A DNA stretch of 60,897 nt, counting the filler, from Piptocephalis cylindrospora (lineage: Eukaryota): NCBI GenBank assembly GCA_003614145.1. It is 13 parts of 13 records of this genome, joined end to end, with 100 filler letters (N's around TTAATTAATTAA, not from the genome) between each part and the next. Parts side by side here need not be neighbours in the genome. Positions count along the whole stretch, not along the records: positions 47,030 to 51,592 come from KZ988506.1; positions 51,693 to 56,251 come from KZ988507.1; positions 56,352 to 60,897 come from KZ988508.1; 10 more parts are not named here. The stretch is one strand, 5' to 3'. Below are positions 50,050 through 60,897 of the stretch, piece after piece. The first letter of the stretch is position 1. Every line of letters starts with the position of its first letter. The notes under the pieces were generated by a model. It searched no databases, was not told the DNA's origin, and worked only from the letters and a program-made list of their open reading frames with translations. The translations under genes and the position numbers were made by a program.

Positions 50050-51028
50050 TCAGTATGTCGTACGTCCACCCTTTGCCTTTAGTACAGCCTGAATCCTTGA
50101 AGACATGCTGTCGATAAGATTTACGACTACATCCTGGGGGATCCCATCCCATTCTGATTCCACCTGGACCCAAAGAGTATTGATAATGGTAGGTGCCTTC
50201 GTGTAGGTGGCTAGTTGCCTCTTTAGGTATCCCCAGAGGTGCTCAATGGGATTCAAATCTGGAGACTGGGAGGGCCATTCCAGGACTTGGACCCTGTTGG
50301 AGAAAAGCCAACTCCGGGCCTTGGTAGAGGTATGATTTGGATCATTATCCTGTTGGAGGATGACATCCCCTCCACCGTGGCTCACCACAATAGACTTGCC
50401 CATTCATCCTCCCATCCATACTATGGAACCTACCAACACTATAGACAGAAATACAGCCCCAAATTAGCACATTACCTCCTTCAAACTTAAGTGTAGGCAC
50501 CATATTCCTACCATGGGAGGCCTCTCCAGGTCTCCTCCAGCACCACCAGGAGCCATACGTGCCCACGCGATTAACCTTTCACTCGTCCGTCTAGATGACG
50601 CGCCTCCAGTCATCCTTTGTCCAACCCTGGTGCCTCCTCGCAAAGAGCAAGCGGGCTAGGCAATTTTTGCCCTTTAGCATTGGAACCTTTCTAGGTCTTC
50701 TGCCTCTCAATCCCCTCCTTCTGATGGCACGACGCACTGCATCTGTACTGAGGCTCTCCCCACGATTGGCGGAAATCTGCCTTGCAAACATCCTTGCTGG
50801 TACCCCACGTGTTGTAGTTACATTCCAGACGGCCATCCGCTCTTTTCTCGGGGTTAGAAGCCTTGGGCGACCGCCTGGGTTAGGTTTTTCCACCATCCCT
50901 AGCTCCTTACGCTTCCTCATTACCGTGGATGCTCCTGATTTTGTCGTAGCGGCCACTTGGCGGAGCGATTGACCCTTCACTAGGAGCATCTTGATGCGTA
51001 GAGTTGTTTCTTTTGGTATGGCTTTCAT
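50050..51028 (-). mobile_element. Tc1-family (DD34E) transposase pseudogene
   Basis: N-terminal HTH region with GRPR. WRRVI*TDE*KVN contains two in-frame stops (50591-50593, 50579-50581). GGNVLIWGC, then a frameshift, then QQDND...WPSQSPDLNPIEHLW with exactly 34 residues between D and E. Confidence 0.93.
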
Positions 51029-51171
51029 GGCTGAGTGAGATAAGGGATATCATGATGTGGGGGGTAATGAAGGAAAGGGGCTATGATGGTATAAATAGTG
51101 GTGAACTTTTGTGAGGCTGTGTATATCTGTGATCTGTTATTGTGGGCTGTCAATGCACTTTGACTGTATGG

Positions 51172-51401
51172 TGTTGGGTAGCGCCTACTATGCACAAAGG
51201 AGTGCTTATCATGACCCCGTCCCTCCCTTAACCATGCACTACAAAGGGCAAGGACACCCTTGAGCCCCATGCAACATTATCCTTATTCTACATGAGAACT
51301 TCAGCCCGATCCTTGTTCAAGTACTCCAAGTCTCCGCCCCTAGAATCACCTTGTCTTCTTCACAAAGACCGCCTTCTTCCTCTACCGCTAACGCCTCTAC
51401 A
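51172..51401. mobile_element. Candidate solo LTR (TGTTG...CTACA, about 230 bp)
   Basis: Left boundary defined by the identity with 32733-32882. Right boundary inferred only from the TG...CA terminal inverted repeat. No TSD. Confidence 0.45.
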
Positions 51402-53661
51402 TTCGTTCATGAATAATCTTTTAGTGAAGAAGTAAGGTATAAGTAGCTGGACATTCGCTCCCTTTTGCATCAGTCTGAAGAATACATGTCAAATTCCCCT
51501 CCATTTTTCCATCCCCACCTCCCTCGTGAACCCTCCTCTGATTAAGATACCCTTTGATAAGAATTGATTCCAGTTAAGAACACGTCCCCAAGNNNNNNNN
51601 NNNNNNNNNNNNNNNNNNNNNNNNNNNNNNNNNNNNTTAATTAATTAANNNNNNNNNNNNNNNNNNNNNNNNNNNNNNNNNNNNNNNNNNNNTGGGATGA
51701 AGTAAGATGAGATCAAGAAGGAAGAATTGAAGCGTGTGCACATGTGTGTGCGTGTTCGAAGCGGGGATGTGCAGTGTTCTACATAAATGCCCCTGTGGAT
51801 TCGACATGAATCATACGAAACGAATGGCCATTTCTTTTTGACATTATATCATTAAAATTACAGGCACGCGTTCGTGGATCACCATACCATTAAATGTACG
51901 ATAAGTCTTCATCAATCTAAAACACGGCGTAAAATGTGTGCTATGGATTTACCATCACTTTTCTAAATCTAAACTTTCGTAGTAGTACCATATGGCCCAG
52001 CAAGGTCTCCCATCATTCCACATCTCTAAAGTGTATCCACAGTCCAAGCTGAAACATTCCCATTCGATGAGGTGCTCCAAGAGTAAATAATCAGGTATTG
52101 CGGATCAAAAATAAACATTTAAGCTGAGAACGGGCTAATTCTATACATTTACAATGTTAGCTGGTTCAGGGATAAATATTTATTTATCCTCATTAGCATT
52201 CTCGTTCTGTATTAGAAAAGTGATTTCCTTTGTGACTGTTTACAAAAGATCTGGTATCCTTCCAATACGGTATACTGCTTTGTTTGGGGGAGGGGACGGG
52301 AGGAGAGAAACGAAAAGATCTAATTCCTGTGGTTGCGAATCTAAGTGGGATGGCGAGCGCTATGGTCTTGTCATCCCCCTAGTCATGTCCTCTGTTGGAA
52401 GCGGGGACAATGCCTTTGCAATGGCTTTCCAATTCACTAATGTTGAAGAATGGTCTCCTTAAAATACGGGAAGAGTTCCAACCCGATAGATATGAAATGG
52501 ATATTTAGCTCTTGATCATTCTTTCTTGTAGGATCCGGTTAAAAGAGAAAGTTTTTTTGACTCCTTCAAATTCCTCTAGGAACGAAACCAGGGAAGGCTA
52601 TTGAAGTGTCTTGTTTCCGATACATGCAGCATTCATACTGAAGAAACCAATGGGGGTCGTGGGCATTTGGATCTTTCACACATCACTTCACCACTATGTG
52701 CTACTCTTTACTAGCAACAGCATGTAGACAAAACAACTAGCGTGGCATAGAAAGGTATACGTGCATACAGTATAGTCCATGCTATGAAATGTTGTCCCTC
52801 TGGATGCAGTGACAACTTATAAAGATCCGATGAATATTCTTAAACAGGTTCAAAAGACCCCATGATTCCTGTCTCCTCATCAGCATTGTGGACTAGCCAT
52901 CCTGCATTGTGATAGAACAGGTTTTCCCCTATCGTCCAATCGGCCCTCTTCTCCTGTCCCACATACTTTTTTTACTTTTTTCGTCCTCAAACTCCCTTTG
53001 TATCAAGGAAATTTAGCACAGTAATTGAGTTTCCTCCTCGCCCACATGCGTCGTAGTAAGGAAGACGCACACGATTGAGAGACCATTGGCTGGTGAAATC
53101 TATCCCCTCTCCCTACCCCCGCACCCTCTCACACACACATCTCCCGCGATCCTCGCTGCCCCCCGTCCCAGTGCGTGACCCAGATGGAATACGGACCCGA
53201 AAAGCCGGGTGAACGCTCTAGGGGAGGTGATGATAAGGGCAGGGAACAGATACTGCTCCTTTCTTTCCATCTCTCTCCATCTCTCATCATACTGAGGAGA
53301 AGAGAGAGGTGAGGCTTGACACCTTGAGCACGCGCACATCTTCTATCCCCCTTATCCACACAGGGACACACACTTTACAGTCCCATCTCACCCATGGGTT
53401 TTCCCTCTCCCCTCTAGTCGTCTCTAGGGTGGGAGAGTGAGGATGTGTGTACATATTTGGGTTCCTTGAGTGGCTTATAAAAGTACCCCGGATCCCCCAC
53501 CCGTTCCACATTCCCCGCTCTAGTGCCCTTCTCACTTATTTTTTTTTCCCATCACCCATCCATCTCCGTCTCCATCCCCGTCTGTTCTTTGACTTGACCC
53601 TTCCCTCTACTTACCCTCCCTATCGCACCGACCTCACCCATCCCACGTCGCGCATTTCAGC

Positions 53662-54740
53662 ATGTCGGATATCCCTAGCACCATTATTGGCTTTCCCCAC
53701 GAGCAAGTCTCCCACTTTATGGGATATATCTCTGTGTTTTTCTGGTTCATTGTCTTTATTCCGTAAGTCAACTCATCCTCTCCATCTTGCTTATCCAATC
53801 CCGACCTCACCGTATGCCCATGTCATCATAGCCAAATTTATGAAAATTACAAGAGACAATCTGGAGATTCCATTGCCTTGTCCTTCCTTTTGATCTGGAT
53901 CATTGGGGATGTGCTAAATCTAGCTGGAGTCATCTTCCAAGATCTTCTCTTTACTATGCTCGTCCTCTCCATCTACTATTGTGCCTCGGATACCGTCCTC
54001 ATCTCCCAGGTCATTTACTATCGACTTCGCTCTCCCAAGATCAAGCAGCTAGATGGAAATGCCTCCCCAGTGGAGGTGGACTCCTCCACCTCGGCCCTCC
54101 CAGTCACAGAGGCCACTGCCCTTCTTCCCTCCGCAGAAGATCGTAATTCCGCTCTCCCCCAGGAGGATGAAACATCCACTTCCCCCACTGCATCCAAGGC
54201 CCTTTACCTTATCCTTCCTCTTTTTATCCTTGGTGCTGGGTTCATCACCTTTCACGAATCCATCTATCAGTCCAAGATGGGTGTTTTCCTGTCTCGTCCC
54301 CCTCCAACCGGAAATCCACCAAGACACATTCAATTCTGGCCCCAGGTCCTTGGGTGGACCTCGGCCTCTCTTTACGTCTTTGCTCGCATCCCGCAAATTT
54401 GGAAGAATTATCGGAGCAAGTCCTGCGAGGGCCTCTCCCTGGCTATGTTTGCCTTTTGTGTCCTTGGGAACGTGACCTTTTGTCTGGTAAGAGACATCTC
54501 TTGCATGGGTCTGGAGAGAAGGACAATGACTCACATTTTATCCACTCTCAACAGAGTATCTTTACCTATTCTCTGGAAACCGAATTTCTCCTCATGAACC
54601 TGCCATGGCTTGTGGGGAACGGGGGTACCCTGGTCTTTGATTTTACTATATTTTACCAATTCTGGATTTATCGTCCAGTGGAGGAGGAGGAGGTTAGGTC
54701 AGGGGGCGAAGTGATGATCTGCCCTCAAGAGACGGTTTAG
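53662..54740 (+). CDS. PQ-loop vacuolar/lysosomal amino-acid transporter (Ypq/PQLC2-like); join(53662..53762,53832..54486,54555..54740)
   Basis: Two PQ motifs (FIPQIYENYKRQS; ARIPQIWKNYRSKSCEGLS), WIIGDVLNLAG and NLPWLVGNGGTLVFDFTIFYQF. Confidence 0.92.
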
Positions 54741-56690
54741 ATGAGATGAAATTGCCCCTCCTTCCTTGGACCCACAGGAGGGCCTGGAAGAGGAGACGAG
54801 GCTTCGCTTTATTGTTATTGGCGATTATCCTCTCTCGGATAGGAGGGCCTCCTCCCCTTCCCCTTTTCTCTGGGTGTATGCGTGCATATGTTCTCCTGCA
54901 CGTGATTTGTGCCTTTATGTGTCTGTGTATGATGTGGTTTTTAGGAGCGAGGTTGGATGTAGGAGATAATGATTCTCTACCCTCCCAGCCTTGCTTCATC
55001 CTATCACCATCATGCCTTCTACCTGTTATTAGTTGCATCCATGAAAGGATGTAGAGTTTCTTTTCCGTGCTTTTCTCTCCCCTTTCTTATTAGATCATAC
55101 TGTTGTTGTTATATTCCTTCTTGTATTAATGTCAGTGCTAGCTATTGAATCGGAAACGTCTGAATTGAACAATACGTCCAAATTGTCTCCGTCCATTCAT
55201 TATCCCTTAACCATCATGATATGCTATAAATAATAGTAGTGATATCCGCGATAAAGCATCCAACTCTCACCCCTCTAACTCTTCCATGTCCCCCTGCATC
55301 CTTCATCCATCTTGAGGGGCCTTCCCTTTCAGGATCATTCCTTCATCTCCTCATGCGCTTCTTCTCACCAGGGTTCCCGGTCTTTTCATGCTTGGCCTTT
55401 CCCCTGCCGTGTCTGCATAGAAGCATGTAACAAGGGGCTATTGTCCTTGAAGGCCCTCTCGACCCGGGTCCTTGGGGGAGGAGGAGGAGTGGAGATCATT
55501 CCTTTCCATATCCCCTGAAATGAATCGGACTTGAGAAAATCTTGTTCATCAAGCAAACTCAGTCTCCCTTAAACGCGTGATGCTCCCCTCCCTTCTTCTC
55601 GAAAGTGTGATCACCCGACATTGACATGTCCCATGTCTTCTTGAGGTGCGGTTCCTGAAAATGGATGGGCGATCCCCCTCAGTCATCTTCCATTCATGTT
55701 GACCCCATTGTCTTGAACGATGATGGTCTATTCACGTGTGTGCATGTCTACACCCTTCCCTCGTGTAATATCCCAGGCACATCCATCTTATTCTTCCCTT
55801 CTTCCCACACACCCGATTTCATACACCCTTCTCCTCCTTCCTCTCTCACCCTTATCCCCACTTCATCTCACTTTCCTTAAACTCCCTCTGTTCCACACCA
55901 CTGTCCCAGCACCATTTTCAATTCCATCTCCGTCATTAACTCCGACCTCTCTTCCCCTCATCCGTCTTAACTCCGCCTTTTTCTCACTCTGCCCGCATAC
56001 AGTCTCCCATCGCCTTCCTAGTACCTTTACCTTTACCCTTTCCCTTTCCCCCCCCCCCCCCCCTTCCCCCCTTCCCCCTTCCCCCTTTGCCACCCCAATC
56101 TTTTTTTTCTCACCCCTTCCCGCTCCTCTCACCCCCCCCCCAACCCTTTCTCAGATTAAAGCCTCTCAATGTCCTCCTAACCCACATCCAACCCAATCCC
56201 CCCTCCTCCTCCCCCCACCCAGAGACGCCCTATAACAATTCTCCCGACCCTNNNNNNNNNNNNNNNNNNNNNNNNNNNNNNNNNNNNNNNNNNNNTTAAT
56301 TAATTAANNNNNNNNNNNNNNNNNNNNNNNNNNNNNNNNNNNNNNNNNNNNGGCTGCATCGTACTCTCCTGAGACCCTGGAGAACAGGCGTATCCCGAGC
56401 CAAAGGTGATAGTATGGCTAAAAGGAGCAGCCGCGGGAATGAATTGACATGGGAAAAGGAAAGAGAGACTGGAAATAACTATATAAGGCCATATATCTTT
56501 CCTCAAGGTTTCCCTTCCTCAATCATTATCAATCCCCACCCCCTTTTGCTTCCAAACTCCCACTTACGACTTCTAGCAACGTTGCCACTTTTCTTAAACA
56601 AACCCTATCTACACACCACTGCCTACTAGCTTTTGACTCTACTCCCGCTCTCCTCTTCGCCCTACCTGTTCGGTTACTAATCGTGACACG

Positions 56691-57689
56691 ATGCACTACA
56701 CCTACCCTCTCTCGCTACTTCCCCTCTTTACGCTTTTTACCTTTCTCCTTTCACCTTCGTCCCAAGCTTCCCCCTCGGGTTATCCCTCCCTTCCATCCCG
56801 TAAAAACATCCATCATCAATCCCAAAACTCTGATACTTACTCTCCTTCCGCTAGCTTTGATATCAAGAATTGCGGCAACCCATACTTGCGACTAGGACAA
56901 GAATTTTCCAAGGCGCTAGCCCAGGCCAAGCTAGAGCTATCCGAGAGTGATAAGGGCTCGTACAAGGGTCGTCTTGTTAATCAGGCTTCCCGTAAAAATC
57001 CAAAGGCCGCCCGTGAGTGGTTGGATCGGACTTCCATGTGTTTCGGCAATATCATGGCCTATGGGATAACGTCGAAAAAGACAATCCCTTCCGCTGAAAT
57101 GATGGACGTTCTCAAACCTCTCATGAACAATATCCTCATTGGATATTGGGTCGTCGAATCGAAAGTCAGGCCAAATCCGGATACTTATTCCTTCATCAAA
57201 AGTCTGGAAATGAAGTCGTATGATGATGCTCCTGTAAAGTACAGTAGATCGTATGATCAAAACACGATTTATGGCCTAGACGATCTTTCCCACAAGGTCA
57301 AACCTCTCCCTTTTCCCCTAAATGCCTATCGGGGCTTAATCTACGCCAGCCTCTACCGCAGGCATCAAAATGAGGTGAATAAGTTTCACGATGAACTTAA
57401 ACAAGCACAGAGTAGCGGCGCCAGTAAATCTGGCGTGATTCTAGACCTCCATCTAGCGCTACGATCTGCATCCAAGGAACTCCTAGGCAAGGATATCTTT
57501 ATGAAACCGGAGGATGGAGTGGGTATAGAAAATCAATGTGATACTGAGGTTAGAACTCTGTTGCCCATTCTGGCTATGGATCTTGAGCACTATTACGACG
57601 CTTTCCTTCGGCTTAAGTTTGACGTTCCTGCGTATCTCCAAGTCTATCAGGATAATATTCAGAAAATGCCTGCTTTAAAACACTTGTAG
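56691..57689 (+). CDS. Orphan secreted protein, 332 aa, intronless
   Basis: Signal peptide MHYTYPLSLLPLFTLFTFLLSPSSQA followed by a helical-looking mature domain. No family recognised. Confidence 0.75.
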   Translation: MHYTYPLSLLPLFTLFTFLLSPSSQASPSGYPSLPSRKNIHHQSQNSDTYSPSASFDIKNCGNPYLRLGQEFSKALAQAKLELSESDKGSYKGRLVNQASRKNPKAAREWLDRTSMCFGNIMAYGITSKKTIPSAEMMDVLKPLMNNILIGYWVVESKVRPNPDTYSFIKSLEMKSYDDAPVKYSRSYDQNTIYGLDDLSHKVKPLPFPLNAYRGLIYASLYRRHQNEVNKFHDELKQAQSSGASKSGVILDLHLALRSASKELLGKDIFMKPEDGVGIENQCDTEVRTLLPILAMDLEHYYDAFLRLKFDVPAYLQVYQDNIQKMPALKHL

Positions 57690-58461
57690 AGGTGGTCAGG
57701 GATGGCTGGGGGGAAAGAGCAATGAATAGCTTTAGTGGTGAGTCTACCAAACGATCGGCGGTCTGGAGGGATGAGTGGTCAGGGGTTCGACTGAGCCAGG
57801 AAGGGAAGGGGGGACAAGAATTAAAAGCAGTAAGGGAAGGGAAGTATCATGATTTTTCCCGCATCCCATCTTGGATGTTGAGCCTGATGCTCTGATTGAT
57901 TAACTTTTCTGATCATTAGACAAGACTGAGAATCCCGTTGCTGGGGGACGATGGCGTACCCAATCGCATCCTGAGCTGTCCTGATTGGGCTCTGAGGCCC
58001 TTCCTGATGGCAAATGTTTCTTTGGGGGAGGGTGGGCAGGGTGCTTCTGTAGTACTCAAGTATTTACTCTATCGGGTACACGTCAGGAGCATGCTCCTGG
58101 TACCACGCAGACTAGCCCTATGGGCGGTCATGCGTTCGGAGACCCAAATGTCTACCCCAGCGGGGGAATAAAATGGGCCTTATCATCATCCTAAGCAGCC
58201 ATCACGCGACGCGACTGAAATGTATGACGTTCACTAAGGGTAGTCTGCATACTTAGATCACCCCCATTTCATGTCTACACTACACCTCAGATGCCATGGT
58301 GGTGGGCATGACCCCCTTACATCCCCCAGGCAACTGTCAGAGAAGGCGAGAGCGGAGCGTTTCGTGCAGAACCACTTCAACCCCGCAGTATCATTCATGA
58401 CGACCGTGCGCATTTCACAAATGAATATGTCCTTTCCTTCAGCCCTGACTTTTTGTTGAAC

Positions 58462-60087
58462 ATGTCCAAGAAGAGTATCTCATCCTATTCTGCCTTTGCC
58501 ACAGCCGGCTCAGCTACTCGAATATCTATGTGAGTCGCCTACATCCTCCCTGGCCCTTTCCTAGAGAAGAGCCGCCATACTCATGCTCTTGCTTCCTCTT
58601 TCGCACAAAGTCTCAAGGACATCCTATGGAACTGTCGTCCAGGAGAGGAAGCTGAGGCCGTTCGCTCTTGGCTCACAGCCTACTCAAAGCACCAATCGGG
58701 GGGTCAAGCACAGTCTTTGGTTCATCTTCCCCGAGAGGTACTTTGCATCATCTTCTCTCAGGTGGATCTACTTTCACTGCATCAAGCTAGCCAGGTGTGC
58801 CGGGATTGGTCCCAAATCACTATGTCTCCCCTGATCCTAGAACGGCAGTGGAGAAACTGGCAGGCTGTCACGGGAGAGCCGGATCCCACTCTGGGCCTGG
58901 GGAATCAGCCTGACCCCAAGATCCGCCTTGGTCGGATGATTGCCCGAGAGCGTCAATGGTATCGGGGAAAACCTTGCCATATTTACTCTCTGCGTCCCCT
59001 ATTGGCTCTTACAGATATGAAAAAGGAAAGATCAGTGTATGAGCCGAAAAGTAAGATCGTCCGAATGGTTTCATATGGTGATTATGTCTTCATTGCCGCG
59101 CACGATGGAGAGGTATGTGTATGGAACTTTGACGATCGTCATGACCCTCCAGTCCTTCTGAAGCATACCTGGAAGGCTCCCAACTCCATCCTTGCCATGG
59201 ATGTGTGTCCCCGGACCCATCAGATCATCCTTTCTCTGGACAATCGATCCATCTACCTCCTGACCCTCGAAAACGGGAATGTTCGGGCTGATCGCGTCCT
59301 GGAGGATATGTGGGGTGTTGTGAGGAACATTCGCATCCTCCATCCTCTTTTTGTCACCGCTGGTATGGATCGCGAAATCCGCATCTGGCACATAGATCAC
59401 CTCCCTGCTCAGCCTGATACCCCGTGGATGACCCTGGGAAGTGACATGTTTATCGAGTTATGTGATCTTCTTCTCTTGCCCAATAAGGCGGAGGCTCCCT
59501 ATTCTGGGAGACGTGAGGATCTGGTAACCTCGTATCCTGGTACGATTGATCTCGTTGCCTTCATCCAACGCGGTAAGCTTCGTAGTTACCAGTTAATGCC
59601 TTCCCTCTCGAGCCCTGAACCAGCCAGTATTTCCATTACCATCATCCCAAGCTTCATGCAAAATGGCCCTGTCCGTTTATTCCAGGGACCAGCCTTGCCT
59701 GATCAGGGGCCCCATCCTACTATATATGCCCAAGCCGATCGTGTCTTTGCTCTCCTCTGCACTCAATCTCCTGCTGTCTGGTCGGTTCACTCAGCCAGTG
59801 TCACTCCCTTCTCTGGTTATCATCCCGGAACCGCCTCGGCCCTGAGGGAGGTGGGCATCCTATCACTACAACAAGGCTGGGAAACTGTCCTGGCTATCCG
59901 CCCACTCATCAACCCCTTAGGCTTTTCCTCGGGCCACACTGAGGGCACAGAGGATACCATCGTCCCTATCCAGCTTCCAAACTCCTTCATCCAAAACCGT
60001 GCTCGTGTTAGTCAGGTGACTATGGATGCTTCTCGACTCTTCGTCGCGCTTTCCGACGGCGCCATCCTGGTCTGTGCCTTTTCCTGA
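58462..60087 (+). CDS. F-box / WD40-like protein; proposed join(58462..58529,58611..60087)
   Basis: F-box [31 protein letters not shown] and WD-like repeats ([33 protein letters not shown]). First exon inferred from a GTGAGT donor and a pyrimidine-rich AAG acceptor; the 5' model is tentative. Confidence 0.8.
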
Positions 60088-60289
60088 CATGAAAGAATGC
60101 CACTTTACCCGTTCTCAAGCCACAAGGACAAAGGGTGAAGGATCATCAAGGTCATTTAATAAATCAATCAATGTATTCCTATTTTCCCATGTTTCCTCTA
60201 CTTTGAAGCCTTCACCCATCCTCTCACTCAACATTTGGTCAGTTCATGAAAAGACATCCTCTGCCTCCCCCTCATCCTCCCCCTTCGCC

Positions 60290-60897
60290 CCATCACCTAC
60301 TGGGACTATGCTCGGAATTGACCTGGCATACAATGTGCATTCGGCTTACGGAAATTGGATCCCTGGATCTAAGCCCCTGGTGCAACAGGCTATGGGCAAG
60401 ATCATGAAGGCCAACCCGGCGTTGTATGTCCTTCGTGAGCGGATCCGCAAGGGCCTGCAACTCTACTCTTCAGAGCCCACGGAGCCCTACCTCTCCTCCT
60501 CCAATTACGGAGAGCTCTTTTCTCGCCAAACTATCTGGTTCGTGGATGACACCAATGTCTACCGGGTCACTATCCACAAGACCTTTGAAGGGAATCTGAC
60601 GACCAAGCCTATCAATGGAGCCATCTTCATTCTCAATCCCCGGACCGGACAACTCTTCCTCAAGGTCATTCATACATCAGTGTGGGCCGGCCAGAAGCGC
60701 TTGGGGCAGCTGGCTAAATGGAAGACAGCTGAGGAGGTGGCTGCGCTTATTCGCTCCCTGCCTGTAGAGGAGCAGCCCAAGCAGATTATTGTGAAGCGCA
60801 AGGGTATGCTTGATCCTCTCGAGGTCCATCTCCTGGATTTCCCCAACATCATCATCAAGGGATCAGAGCTACAGCTTCCTTTCCAGGCTGTCTTGAA
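60290..60897 (+). CDS. PRP8: Internal PRP8 segment (end of endonuclease-like domain and RNase H-like domain); N-terminal two-thirds absent, runs off the window
   Basis: Open frame missed by the ORF track: [23 protein letters not shown]...[21 protein letters not shown]...[28 protein letters not shown]...[21 protein letters not shown]...[10 protein letters not shown]. Confidence 0.92.

Noticed and set aside
50579..50593. In-frame TAG/TGA as evidence of an alternative genetic code or readthrough
   Set aside because: Confined to a transposon that is also frameshifted; host genes end normally at TAA, TAG and TGA.
56352..56506. Minus-strand ORF with a hydrophobic start as a second secreted protein
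   Set aside because: Starts at TTG with no ATG, and is cut by the linker.
60290..60897. PRP8 intein
   Set aside because: The visible segment is colinear with ordinary Prp8 and has no insertion; the known fungal PRP8 intein site lies upstream of this segment.

Overview
Eukaryotic, intron-containing fungal DNA, not a prokaryotic locus. The window is 13 unlinked contigs of about 4.55-4.63 kb, sorted by decreasing length and joined by an artificial 100-nt linker (N44-TTAATTAATTAA-N44, stops in all six frames), so gene order across linkers is meaningless. Short GT-AG introns, GC-rich CDS, pyrimidine-rich leaders and gene content suggest an early-diverging fungus. A Zoopagomycota mycoparasite such as Piptocephalis, from an amplified or fragmented assembly, is my unverified guess. 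Recognisable genes are eIF3m, CCT2, SQT1/AAMP, an LRG1-like LIM-RhoGAP, HAT1, a LaeA-like methyltransferase, a CsbD/Hmp1-like protein, OST1 (frameshifted), two F-box proteins, malate synthase, a sphingomyelin-synthase-family enzyme (with a 588-bp duplicate), lipoate ligase, cyclophilin B, a WrbA-type quinone reductase, HMT1, an ADE2 fragment, NRAMP, VMA21, a WRN/EXD2-type exonuclease, an MPS1-like kinase, a PQ-loop transporter and a 5'-truncated PRP8 segment. The window also holds tRNA-Arg(ACG), tRNA-Cys(GCA), a dead Tc1 (DD34E) transposase, LTR-like repeats and several orphan secreted proteins. No clear novel multi-gene system is demonstrable. The best leads are the stand-alone PRP8 segment, the truncated ADE2, the orphan secreted proteins with a possibly related decayed locus, and the LTR-like family. 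Amplification or assembly chimerism is a serious alternative explanation for the truncations and the duplication.
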